A model generated the notes under the pieces. The model worked only from the letters and a program-made list of their open reading frames with translations, ran no database searches and was not told where the DNA came from. Source: Okamejei kenojei (taxonomy: Eukaryota). From it: 64,000 nucleotides of DNA. The DNA is taken from positions 18,848,001 through 18,912,000 of the forward strand of contig CM069163.1 in NCBI GenBank assembly GCA_035221665.1, given 5' to 3'. A program made the translations under genes and the position numbers. This document shows positions 24,991 to 36,560 of this stretch, piece by piece; positions within the stretch are counted from its first letter, which is position 1, and the number at the start of each line of letters is the position of its first letter.

Positions 24991-27056
24991 TAAATATTGT
25001 TAAATATGACTGCCTCAGCCATAGTTTATTTGCCTGCCAACAGAGTTACTGGCGGTTACTTCAACAGGACCAGTAAGATTGCAGATTCTGGAACAAAGAG
25101 CTGAATGCTGGAAGATCTCAGCAGATCAAGCAGCAGCTGTGGAGACAAAAGGTAGATGTCGACATTTCTGATTGAGACCCTGCATCCACACCAGATGTTG
25201 ACGTACACCTTTTGCCTCCACAGATGTGGCTTGACCTGCCTGGTTCACCCAGTGTTCTGGTCCTTATTCAACCATCGTGTGAGATCCAGTTGGGTATAAT
25301 CCAGATTCAACAAGGATTAGGATTTCTTCCCCAGCGGGTTACAATATTCTGTACTTTCATTGTATCCATTTCAGAGATTAGCCTTTATCATTTAAAATCA
25401 TTGATTTATTTCATTTCTTGCATTCCTAAGTTACATTGGTAGGATTTGAATTTGTGACTCCCGATTATCAAAAGCACTAGATATTAGATTGTTGATTTAA
25501 CTCTGTACAAACACATTCCAACCAGCATTTATTGCTGCACACTGCTTTATGTCATTAGCCCAAAGCTGTTGCTGACTTAAAAAGCAAATTTATAGAAAAA
25601 ATAATTAAGGTTGTCTTTTAAGAGAGATGACTGGTGCTGGGGGAGTGCACTGCTTATCCTCAGGCCTGGTTTGTATTAATTTCAGTACAAAGTGGGTGCC
25701 TCCCTCCCCATGGCTGGATATAAGAGTCCTGTTGGCAATGAGTTTGAACAGCTTTAACCCAGCAACTGCCAGCCAGCAATGGAAATGTGTCCTAAATTTG
25801 AGCCCAAAATGATGCCGTTTGACACTGGGGGCAATGGCATATTCTTGTGCCAGATTAGATGGCTAACACTAAATGGATTATTCCATATGATGCTGATATT
25901 AGTTGAATGGAAAATGAAAGTGTTTCATTCCCCATTGTCAACGACCTCCGATAGACTGATACAAGAGTATTTCAAGAGAGTTAATACATCTCAGGGCGGG
26001 GTGTTTAAGAAACAAATTAATTTCCTGCTTGATGTGCTGTGTAAGTCACCCTTGAGAGTGCAACCTCTTAATTCTCCTGGATGCAACATGCACCCACATT
26101 GGCCTGTATATAACATACTGCCGGTGTTGACTGGTGTATAACATTATCATTTGAGAAATGAGTATCTTTCACATTACTACTCATGCATTATGCTTGATGT
26201 AAGACATCATCACAAGTGTGTTGTGTCTTTTATAACACATTCTCACCTCTAGGTTTCCTCGATGTTCAACTGTGCTCGTACAGTTATGACCACTGACTTT
26301 GTGATGTTTTTTGGTTTAAAACAGTTTTTTTTAAGAAATAATTGCGGAGGAGAATAAGTGCTGTCAAATTATTTGTTTTATGATCACAGACAGTTCATTG
26401 GGAAGTAATCCAGACTGAGTTGCCAAAATCTGTTTTCCTGATTGTTAACAATGAGCAAATGATGGTCTTCTCTGTAAAATTGATCAAAACACTTACAGGA
26501 GCTTCACAGGTCCATAAACTGTGCATATCTACGCATATCTACAAAGGCAACATCCAAGGGACTTGGTTTACACCTGGTGTCCCTGATGGATTTCTACTTA
26601 ATCAGGAAGATACTTTAAATTTCACTGTGCTGTGCGTTTTCTCCGGATAACATGGGTATTTTTTGCATATAATTTCTGTAATGATGCAGTTACAACAACA
26701 ACAACAACATGTGATTTTTTTTTGACCAAATAGTAAGGCTGGACTTCCTTCATTGTCACACTAGACTTCATTCTCCCCTGGGAATTGAATGCACAAAGCT
26801 CTGACTTTGTGGTTTGGGTGCAGCTCACTAAGCCACAGTTGATACTCACAGCAAGGCTAAGAGGGAATTGCAGCTGAGTCCTAACTCTGTGCTTCATGCA
26901 AGGGTTGTTGGATGGAGATCTGTGTGGTCTCTGGCTGACCTCCCATCCTGACTCGGACGTGCTGTGACCATTTGTAGCATATCCAGTATTTCTCCAATTG
27001 GCATTAACTAACCGTTTTAAGGTTAACACAAAATTATTCTTGCTTCTTCAACCAGT

Positions 27057-27057
<1 letters not shown>

Positions 27058-27088
<31 letters not shown>
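27058..27088 (+). repeat. Poly-G tract (31 nt)
   Basis: Uninterrupted G run. Confidence 0.95.
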
Positions 27089-27091
<3 letters not shown>

Positions 27092-27391
27092 GTTGCTTCT
27101 AATTCCTTGGGTCTATGGGAATCCCCAACCTGTGCTTAGGGGATTCACTGAATGAAAATATCCTTGAAGCTCAATTCTGAAAACTTCCCCCTGAACTGAA
27201 CTGAACTTTTATTGGAAAACTACTGAGTGGAATTTTTAAAGGCACAAGAGACTGCAGATGCTGGAAATTGAACAAAAAAAACAAGCCACTGGAGTAACTA
27301 GGCAGTATCTGTGGAGGACAATGGCCAGTTGACAATTCATGGCAAGACCCTTCATCTGAACTGGAATTTCAGTTTTGTTGGGAATGAACTT

Positions 27392-27821
27392 TGAAGAAAG
27401 ACTGGATAGACTCGGCTTATACTCGCTAGAATTTAGAAGATTGAGGGGGGGGATCTTATAGAAACGTACAAAATTCTTAAGGGGTTGGACAGGCTAGATG
27501 CAGGAAGATTGTTCCCGATTTTGGGGAAGTCCAGGACAAGGGGTCACACTTTAAGGATAAGGGGGAAATCTTTTAGGACCGAGATGAGAAAAACATTTTT
27601 CACACAGAGAGTGGTGAATCTCTGGAATTCTCTGCCACAGATGTTGGCTATATTTAAGAGGGAGTTAGATGTGGCCCTTGTGGCTAAAGGGATCAGGGGG
27701 CATGGAGAGAAGGCAGGTAAAGGATACTGATTTGGATAATCAGCCATAATCATATTGAATGGCGGTGCAGGCTCGAAGGGCCGAATGGCCTACTCCTGCA
27801 CCTATTTTCTATGTTTCTATG
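27392..27821 (+). mobile_element. CR1 LINE 3' end (same subfamily as 6998-7781)
   Basis: ORF 27485-27730 DRLDAGRLFP...FFTQRVVNLWNSLPQ; TTTCTATG tail. Confidence 0.9.
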
Positions 27822-28781
27822 AACTTCTGAAAATAATAATTCTTTCAATCCTGCTTGTACTTCGAATGGCCCATCAGTTTCTCTGGAATAGTGCACAAGT
27901 GTTGCTAATATGACACTCATTTACATGTCTTCATCTCCTTTTTACCTTGTCACCTTGGGATTACCCATTTTATTCCCACTGACTGTTCCTGTGACGATAT
28001 TGCCACATTTGCTCCTTCATATCGTTTGGACAATAGCTTTTGTCTTTAATTCAGCTCTCATTTTTGAGGGTTTTTTTCAGCTTAAAACTACTGAGCTCTG
28101 CTTTATTTATTTGTTTTGGTAGATCTCAAATTTGTCTGAAGAAGGGTCCCGACTCAAAACATTATCTCTCCATTTCCCTCCACGTGTGCTGCTGTGTTCC
28201 CCCTGCACTTTGTTCATCTTCAAATTTGCCAACTTTCCCCATGTTAAACCATAGAAACACATTGAGGACATCTGCTGTGAAAGATCTACAGTTTTGTTTG
28301 CAGTCCGTTACTTTGCTATCCAGATGTTCTGCAGCATGGCAAGGGACAGATTGGGTTTTGCAAATTCTTGCCACATCTCAGTCTTTGATTTGGTCTCATG
28401 CCATTTCACATTTCAGACGGATGAATTTGTTTATATCCAGGGTATTCTTGCCAAGGTTGGCCGAAAAATGTGTTTTGTCTTTTATTCAATTTCATCAACT
28501 CTGTCTTGCTGGCGTTCACTCTTAGATTAAGCATCTTCCCTTGTAACCTTAATGGTCTTTCTCAACACCTATAACTAGAAAAATATATATAATTTTGTCA
28601 CCCACCAGTGCACAGTAACCCACAAACGTTAGTAAGTTACTAGTATAAGTAATAGGCAGAACATTATCAGTTTTGTTAATGTAATACATTACGACCAGCA
28701 AAACCTATGTCACTTTGGCCATTGGAGATGAAAGGATAAACTGAGGCTAAGTGAGCTGAGAACTGACACCGTCCCTCAGGG

Positions 28782-28941
28782 TGTCAGTTCCCACACCCCC
28801 CGACATCAGTTTGAAGAAGGGTCTCAACCCGAAACATTGCCTATTCCTTCTCTCCATAGATGCTGCCTCACCCGCTGAGTTTCCCCAACATTTTGTGTCT
28901 ACCTTTGATTTTTCCAGCATCTGCAGTTTCTTCTTAAACTA
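28782..28941 (+). mobile_element. Penelope-derived mini-element with 14-bp TSD
   Basis: ACCGTCCCTCAGGG (28768-28781) and ACCATCCCTCAGGG (28942-28955); core TTGAAGAAGGGTCTCAACCCGAAACATT. Confidence 0.7.
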
Positions 28942-31079
28942 ACCATCCCTCAGGGCAGTAAGCATCTGTGTGAAAAACACATGAGTCACTGCTTTAGTCC
29001 TTGTACCAGGAACCTCCACTCTGTTCATCAAAGGATCCAAAATAGTCGCGACACATTAGCTGATTATCCAGTTCATTGTCTGAATGGATAAGAGACATCT
29101 AGCGAGTAGCACCCTCCCACTCTCCCCACGGCCTTGCAGATGATTAAATATTTAACACAACAATTCAGTCAGACTCCACAACTACACCGGATGTAAATAT
29201 AGAACATTGTTCCTCATGTCACACTTGGCTCTGCTCCCACTCACCTTCCTTCTGTGCTTCGTAGTTTTTGATCCCCTCCACCAATAGGAACAGTTTATCT
29301 TTGTCCACTCTGTCGTGATTTTTATCAGGCCTTTCCTTGAATTGCTGCCATTTACGGCATTTTCCGTTTCTCCAGTCAATAGCTGGCTACAGGCCACAGT
29401 GACACACACTGGTGATTGATGATGCTGTGTACTGGTAATGCAGGAACGCTGCAGAGCAGTTGTAGTCAAACACTTGTTCGATTCCCCCAGCTCCCCATGG
29501 ATTAGAACTGATTGTGGCAGCTGTGGTAGGGGAGGGGCTGGAAGCAGGCCAATTACTTAGTCCTCGGGCCAAGGTTACTGCGTCCCTTGTCCGCTCTCCA
29601 TCAGCTTCTCTGCAGCCTCATCTCCTCTCAGCAGTCCCCCCTCCTCCCTGGTCCTCCTAGCGGGTGGAGGAAGAGAGAGTGGGAGAGAGATAAAAAATAA
29701 CAAGGACAACTCTTTTACATCTTAAACAGCATGGAGAAGAGGTCAAAGTAAATCACAGAAAATCCTTCAGCCAGCACAATTCCGTATGGATTAATCAGGC
29801 ATGTCCATTTGACAGGCTACAGTGCACACAGATTCATTGACTAAGCTAGCGATTCGAAAAGGACAGCAATGGTTAGCAAGGTAATGCATATTAAACCTTG
29901 GTAAAATGACCAGTTCAGAATTACAGTGACCCTTGGTGAGGCATGTTGAAACATAGTGAGCCACAGTACACAGTGAACCAAGCAACATCTCCCAGATGGT
30001 GCTGAAAAAGGTTCAGCAGATGCTGAAAGCTTCATCAAAAAATTCATCAAAATGGTCGGGACCCAAGATATCGCTCATCCATTCCCTCCATAGATGCTGC
30101 TTGACCCGCTGAGTTACTCTAGTTATTTTGTGTTTTGATCCCTATTGATGCCGTTAGTTGGTCTCAGTTTAGCTGGATGCTGAGGAAGCCTCAGCATCCC
30201 CGATCTCTGAAGGGTTATTTCACTGTACTAATTACTGTGCAATGTGCATGTGTGAACATCAGGTGATGACAGGTCCACATTTGCACGCGAGTATTATCGC
30301 CTATTAATGCTATGTTGTCACCAGTGAAGAATGACCACTTGAATAAAGTGCTTCAAAAAAAAAAAGTCCTGGCATAGCTGAGTCAGATGGTGATACTGAT
30401 CAAATGTTGTCCTTCACATTTTTCCTGCAGAAGTAGCATCACATTTGTCTATCTTGCCTGTGCCTACTCGTGGAAATAATTAATTCCAGTTCCCCTTCAA
30501 GTTCATAATGGATTCTTAATTGAAAGTTGCCATTGAGTTGCGTCCAGCACTCTTTCCTTTTGTGCATGCTAGATTATAATGTACCTCCCAGAAAAAAAAA
30601 ACAATTTTTGTCAATTATCTGAAATTATTTTTCTGTGATTAGAAAGCAGCCCCGATGAGACAGAGGTCATCGTTTGGCAGGAGCTTGCATTCCACACTGC
30701 TGCAGTCCCCTTCCTGCAGTGCAGTCCTGCTGCCAACTGCGACAGAAAACAATGTTAATCATTAAAACCTGCTGGACTGATGAGTAAATCTAATTAAGGA
30801 CACTCACTGCCAGGCTCCCATCAGAGGGTAGACCACTTAGTGAATAAAGCTGAAAACAACAGCAGAACAGAGCTGCCAGTTCTGAGTTGGAAACATTCCA
30901 GGAGTTCTGATCGTGTGACTTTCGGCTAGGGCTAAGTAAAAGGAGACAGTTCCGACTCCATGGTAATGTTGTCAACTTACAGTTGCATGGAACTAAGTGT
31001 TTTGCCTTAACTGCCAATCATGCTCCTTGCTTGTCAGAATGTCAGGGCAAGAGGAATACTCTGATCCCAATTCATTGTT

Positions 31080-33050
31080 CTTGTCGAGATGTGGTTTCAA
31101 GTATTTGTATCTTCTGCCCAATGGGAGAGGGGAGATGAGAGAATGACCGGGTTGTGAGTTGTTCTTGGTTTGATGTTGCAGTGTGGGGGGACAGACCTGT
31201 CAGGGATGCGTTCACATCTCTGCAATATCTTGCACTTTGAGCACAGCAGTTGCTATACCAAGCTGTGATGCATACAGATAGAGCACATCTATTTATGGTG
31301 CATCTGTATGGTTATATTTATGGGGCATCTGTAGAAATTGGTAAATCCATTGGAAACATGCTAAATTACCTTCTGAGTAAGTCCAGGAAATGGTATTATT
31401 TCTTAGATATAGCATTAATATGGTTAGACCTTGACACATTATTGGTAATATTTACACAAAAGAACGAAACTCTGGACCATCTCTATTTCAGCACCATCTG
31501 GGGCATGCAGTCTACCCCACTCTTAAAGTCAAAGACCAGCTTCTTCGCTTTGTTAACATTGAGGGAAAGGTCGTTATCTTGACACCACGCCACGCCGCTC
31601 TCTATCTCCTTTCTATGCTCTGTCTCGTTGTTATTTGAGATCTGGCACACGACAGTGGTGTCATCTGCAACTTTGTAAATCTAGTTATGGGGTTGAGAAT
31701 AAGGCCTTGCGGGCACCAATGCTGTAAATTATCATAGAGGATGTTTTGTTGCCTTTCCTTATTGATTGCGGTACCTATGGGTCGGGAACACGAGGATCCA
31801 GAGGTGGTGCTGAGACCTAGGTCCAGGAGTTTGGAGATGGGTTTGATTGAATCTGATGTAGGTGTCCTTGTTATTCAGATGTTTCAGGGATGGGTGTAAG
31901 GCCAGGGAGATGGCGTCTGCCTTAGGCCTGTTTCAGTATTAGGCAAATTGCAATCGATCAAGGCTGTCTGGAGGCTAGAGTTTGTGTACACCATGACTGG
32001 CCTCTCAAAGCACTTAGTGATGGTGGATGTCAGAGCCACCGGAGGGTAGTCATTATCTCATAGATTCTTGTTTTACTTTGGCACTGGGATGATAGAGATC
32101 TTCTTAAACTAGGTGGGACTAGGGTTGCCAGCTTTCTCACTGCCAAATAAGGGACAAAGGGTCAGAATAAGGGACTAATGCCCGACGACAATTTGTTGAC
32201 CGACTCGGCCGTGGCTGGGTGAATGATGAGCTGGCCCGGGTGCTGGACTGCACACACAGCCCAGTGGGCGGGCCAGCTGAGGAGTTTTAGCACAGTCCAG
32301 CACCCCATCCAAAAGTCAAAGTCAATTTTACTTGTCACATCCAACTCATGAACCGATGATCGGCCGTAAGTAGGAGGGGTGGTGGTGCAGGCGGTAAGCG
32401 GCGGTCCGAAGGTCGGATAGCTGGCCGGGCTGGTGACCGACGGGGCCACGGGCGAGGCGCTGCTGCTGCACTCCATGGGCTGCACTACGTCAGGATGGGT
32501 GAGGCAGGGCTGGACCCGGCGCTCCGACCCGACAGTCCCTTCGACCCGAGTAGTAGCAGTCATATACGGGACAAGGGCAGGCCCATATGGGACAAACCAA
32601 TTTAGCCCAATATACGGGACAGTTGGCTACCCTAGGAGGGACCCTCAGATACAAGTAGGGGGAGGTTCAAGATATTTGCAAATAGCCAGTCAGCTGGTCC
32701 ATGCAGGTTCTGAGAGCTCCATTTGATTTTCTACGGGTTCACTTTCAGGAAGGCCAATCTAATATCTGTGACGGTGACCATGGGTACAAGTGTACATGAT
32801 GCTGTTGGGGCAGGTGACTTCATTCCACTGACCTGTTAAAGTTGACCTTGTCGGGGAGGGATGCATTTTGCCAGTGATGCGGCCCAACTTCACTTTGTAG
32901 ACTCTTATCGCTTGTGAGCCTTGCCAGAATGGATGGATGTCTGTGTGGTTAGTCTGGGACCATAGCTTGGTCTGGAATTGTTTCTTGACACACCTGATGG
33001 CTTTGCCAAGGTCCTACCTAGATTTCTTGTACAAGTTGGGATCATCTGAA
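31080..33050 (-). mobile_element. Degenerate Rex1/Babar-like LINE (RT region) interrupted by a hAT MITE
   Basis: Minus-strand RT motifs: P.ALTSTI.KCFERPV, FADDTTVV, W.QDN.LSLNVNK.KKLVFDF. Confidence 0.7.
32120..32634. mobile_element. hAT (Blackjack-like) non-autonomous DNA transposon
   Basis: TIRs TAGGGTTGCCA / TGGCTACCCTA; 8-bp TSD GGTGGGAC (32112-32119) / GGAGGGAC (32635-32642); subterminal GGGACA repeats; GC-rich interior. Confidence 0.8.
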
Positions 33051-33559
33051 TTGTTCGTCTTTCTCAGTTCTGATTAACTAAATCGTTCTGTTTCCACAGA
33101 TGCTGTCTGACTTTTGACTTTACCGAGCAGTTTCCGTTTTTAATTTCAGATTTCCAGCATTAACATTTGTTATTTTAATTAAAAGTTGAAGGCAATGTTG
33201 TGCCGGGGCTGACCACACGAGGCAGCATAGTGACTGCTCTCGCGTCCCTCCTAGAGCAGTGACTGGTTGGAAGTTTCCTGGACCCATTATGTGTTGGGGG
33301 TGAAAATAGGATCACAGTGTCTTGCAGCATAGAAACTGGCCCACAGCCAAGCTCACTTTCATTCGAAGAATAAACTTTTATTCATAAGAACGTATATATA
33401 GAAATATAATGTTTATTTTATGTGTTTATTTATTCATGTGTGTATTTACGTATATAATGGTATATGGACACACTGATCTGTTTTGTCGAACGAAATTCTG
33501 TTTGTAGTCAATGCCTACTATGTTCTAGTGTGCTGAAGCAAAGCAAGAATGTCATTGTC

Positions 33560-33652
33560 TGAAGAAGGGTTTTGGCCCGAAACGTCGCCTATCTCCTTCG
33601 CTCCTTCGATGCTGCAGCACCCGCTGAGTTTCTCCAGCCTTTTGTGTTAACC
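33560..33652 (+). mobile_element. Penelope-derived mini-element with about 15-bp TSD, inserted in a LINE 3' UTR
   Basis: AAGAATGTCATTGTC (33545-33559) and AAAAATGTCATTGTC (33653-33667). The intact core CTGAAGAAGGGTTTTGGCCCGAAACGTC lies at 33559-33586. Confidence 0.75.
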
Positions 33653-34317
33653 AAAAATGTCATTGTCCTGTCAGGGACACATGACAATAAACTCACTTTG
33701 TCTCTTGTCTTGTCTAATGCCATCAGTGGATCTCTTTTTTTTTACATTCATAATGTCATCACGTGTATGCAATTATTCCACCATCAAAACAGTACATACA
33801 ATTTACAAAGCAGAGGCCTCTGAACTATGCATTCAAATATTTGTGGAGTTCTTTAACGGGGCCCAGCCCCTTCAGTGTCCAGCGGCGGTAGGACCTGGGG
33901 CTGCAGTGTTTTTTTTTTTCCCACCAAGCCTTAATGGTCTGTCACTCTAACTGTTGATCACTCAGCAGAATCATCGAGCTTCGTACTTGTCGATTTGTTA
34001 GCATTGAATTGCGATGCCGCATCGGATAATTAGGTCTGCTCTTTTTTTTCAATTATTATTTTGTTTTTGCACAAGGGCCACTCGGCTGTGATTCCATGGG
34101 CCAGATGTATAACCCAACTAAAAAAAAAAAACCTCTTCTCCTAAAGTAGTGCCCTTTGAAAGTGAGACCGAGGTCTCCACAGGGGAAGTTTTCTCTCGGG
34201 GGGTGGGGAGGGTATCAACATAGAGCTAGCTGTAGCTTGAAAACAAGGGCCAGAAAAAACATGTGGTGGAGAACTGGATTGGAGTGTAGGCGGAGAGACA
34301 ATCGGTTAATAACTGAT

Positions 34318-34447
34318 GAAGGTAGACAAAAATGCTGGAGAAACTCAGCGGGTGCAGCAGCATCTATGGAGCGAAGGAAATAGGTTTCCTTCGCTCCATA
34401 GATGCTGCTGCACCCGCTGAGTTTCTCCAGCATTTTTGTCCACCTTC
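34318..34447. repeat. Near-perfect 63-bp inverted repeat with 4-nt loop (fold-back mini-element, core deleted)
   Basis: Arms 34318-34380 and 34385-34447 with one mismatch; loop TAGG. Confidence 0.9.
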
Positions 34448-34509
34448 GATTTTCCAGCCTCTGCAGTTCCTTCCGAGACACGGCTAAATAACTGAATGAT
34501 CTGAATTTA

Positions 34510-34951
34510 TTTTCACGCAATTTTCGCGTGGCCCTTATTGAACACAGCGTTCAATGAGACGATGAACTTGAGTTCAACCAGAAATGTGAACTGCGTATTG
34601 AATATTTGATTCAATCCGGTGCCCTCGACCAGGGAAGTCTAGTCCACTATTGCGAGGCTGCAGGAGGCCCCGTCGGACAATGGTGACATCAGGGGGCTGG
34701 CTGGCTGCCAGACAGGGCGGGTGCGAATTGCAGTCGCTCGCTGCCACATCCCCCTTTCTGGCTCAGCCGCCGCGGCTCCGCTGAGAGTTGAAGCAAGGTC
34801 CTTTCTTTTAAAAAAAAAGGACCTCAGCACCCGTGTTTGCATTCGCCCTTGGCTTTACCAACTGAGACGTGGCTTGTCTCTTGTCATTTTAAGTTTGTGT
34901 GTGGTGGGGGTGGGGGCGGGGAGCACACGATACAACGCTAAAGCCTTTCTC
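34510..34951 (+). promoter_or_regulatory. CpG-rich promoter/5' UTR region of RALGDS exon 1
   Basis: Locally high CpG content and GC boxes GGGCGGG (about 34714) and GGGGCGGGG (about 34913), directly upstream of the first coding exon. Confidence 0.55.
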
Positions 34952-35134
34952 ATGGTTCACCTAACGCGGCCGCAGTTGCAAAATGACTGCGCAGAGGTCG
35001 GGAAGAAGATGTTTGACAGTTCGAGACGCATGAAGAACCTCTGGGCTGCGGTGAGACTGGAGGTGACTGGAGACCCGAGCTCCGTGGTCCTCAACAGATT
35101 CACGCAGTTGGACCCCGATCTGCCCCTAACCGAG
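34952..35134 (+). CDS. RALGDS: RALGDS coding exon 1 (61 aa)
   Basis: MVHLTRPQLQNDCAEVGKKMFDSSRRMKNLWAAVRLEVTGDPSSVVLNRFTQLDPDLPLTE resembles the recalled RalGDS N-terminus (SRR...WDAVRLEV...VVLHSFTQLDPDLP..E). Donor GAG|GTAAGC, phase 0. An alternative ATG lies at 35009. Confidence 0.85.
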
Positions 35135-35799
35135 GTAAGCTGGGATGGAGTCTAAAGCTCCCCGTGATGAAGGGAGCGGTTCCGTTAGTGGGTGGCTCAA
35201 CTGCGGACACAGATGTAAACATTTAGACCAGAAAGTCCAGATTGGGCTGCAAATATATTAGAGTAATCTCGATGTGGAATTGCATCACAGGACGGTCAGT
35301 GTGATCATAAATGAATTGGACGGACAATCGAGAGGAAAAGTTTGGAGGGGATGGGACTGCCGTATTTGTTTTGTTTTTTTACCAGGAACTGGCATGGTCT
35401 GGATGGATTCTGTGATTGCAGGAAAAATCTTTTCACCGGTTAGTTGGCGCATTATGAGCCATCCCCGCAGTTACTAAGAAGTTCTGAGTTATTTCTGCAA
35501 TGTGTTTGTTTGTGTAGTGGAATCCCACTGGTGTCATGAGGTGTTGTAATGCCACTTAATCATGTGTTTAACTCTCCTTACTGTAACCCAGTGAGCAATC
35601 GCGCCTGGGGAAGGAGGGGGGGGGAGTGGTATTATCAGCACCAGTCTCGGATTAATGGGATGTTATTCCATGATTTTTCCCCTCAGCCTTTTAACCTATT
35701 CAGGAGAAAAATCAGGCTCTTCTAGAGTTACATTTTTGTAAAAAAAAAAGAACTCGTAAATGGAACTAGGCAATTGGTGTAACTATTTCAAATGCTAAA

Positions 35800-35975
35800 A
35801 AAACAAAATGCTGCAGGAACTCAGCGAGCCAGGCAGCATCTGTGAAGGGAGTGAAGTCTGTGGAAAAGTCCCGACTGGAAACATCGACCGCCCACAGATG
35901 CTGGCTGAACCACCGCGTTCCTCCAGCACTTTGTGTTTTCCCTCGAGATTCCAGCATCTGCAGTTTCTTGTATCA
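35800..35975. mobile_element. Older fold-back Penelope-derived mini-element
   Basis: AAAATGCTGCAGGAACTCAGCGAGCCAGGCAGCATCTGTG ... CACAGATGCTGGCTGAACCACCGCGTTCCTCCAGCACTTTG. Confidence 0.6.
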
Positions 35976-36379
35976 CGAACTGAATCAAATATTACATATG
36001 ATTTTCCAGCAGCCCACTTACTACAGGTCGCAAAACAATTTATTTCAGGCGTGCAATTTATTCTGCAGCAGGAGAGGATTTCCCATACTTTGTGTAGCTA
36101 GATTGTAGATCATTTTTTTAAGGAATGGCTTGGGATCAATCTAAATAGATACAATGGCCATTTTCTGTCCTGAATTTAGAAGAGTGAAAATTGTCTACAT
36201 GGTTCATTGACACAAGGAGATATCGGTAATTTGCTCTATCAAAGATGAAAAGTTAGGCTGATTTAAGTTAACTGTACCAAGGTGAATTTGTGACCTCTGC
36301 CTTTTTAACTGCAGTCCAAGTTGAAACTGCCCTTGTGTTTCTGTGGTATTTATTCGATCACAAGTCCAAACTGAAAATC

Positions 36380-36560
36380 GATCACTCGATCACACTAGTT
36401 CTATGTTGTCCCACTTTCACATCCACTAGGTACACACCGGGGGCAATTTATAGAGGCCAGTTAACCTGCAAACCTGCATGTGTTTGGGATCTGGGAGGAA
36501 ACTGGAGGGCACAACAGATACCCTTGCAGTCACAAGGAGGATGTGCAAACTCCACACATA
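36380..36560 (-). mobile_element. V-SINE fragment
   Basis: GGAGGAAACTGGAG...GTGCAAACTCCACAC, the reverse complement of the V-domain. Confidence 0.6.

Noticed and set aside
30777-30783. CTGATGA as a canonical hammerhead core
   Set aside because: No helix II or GAAA follows.
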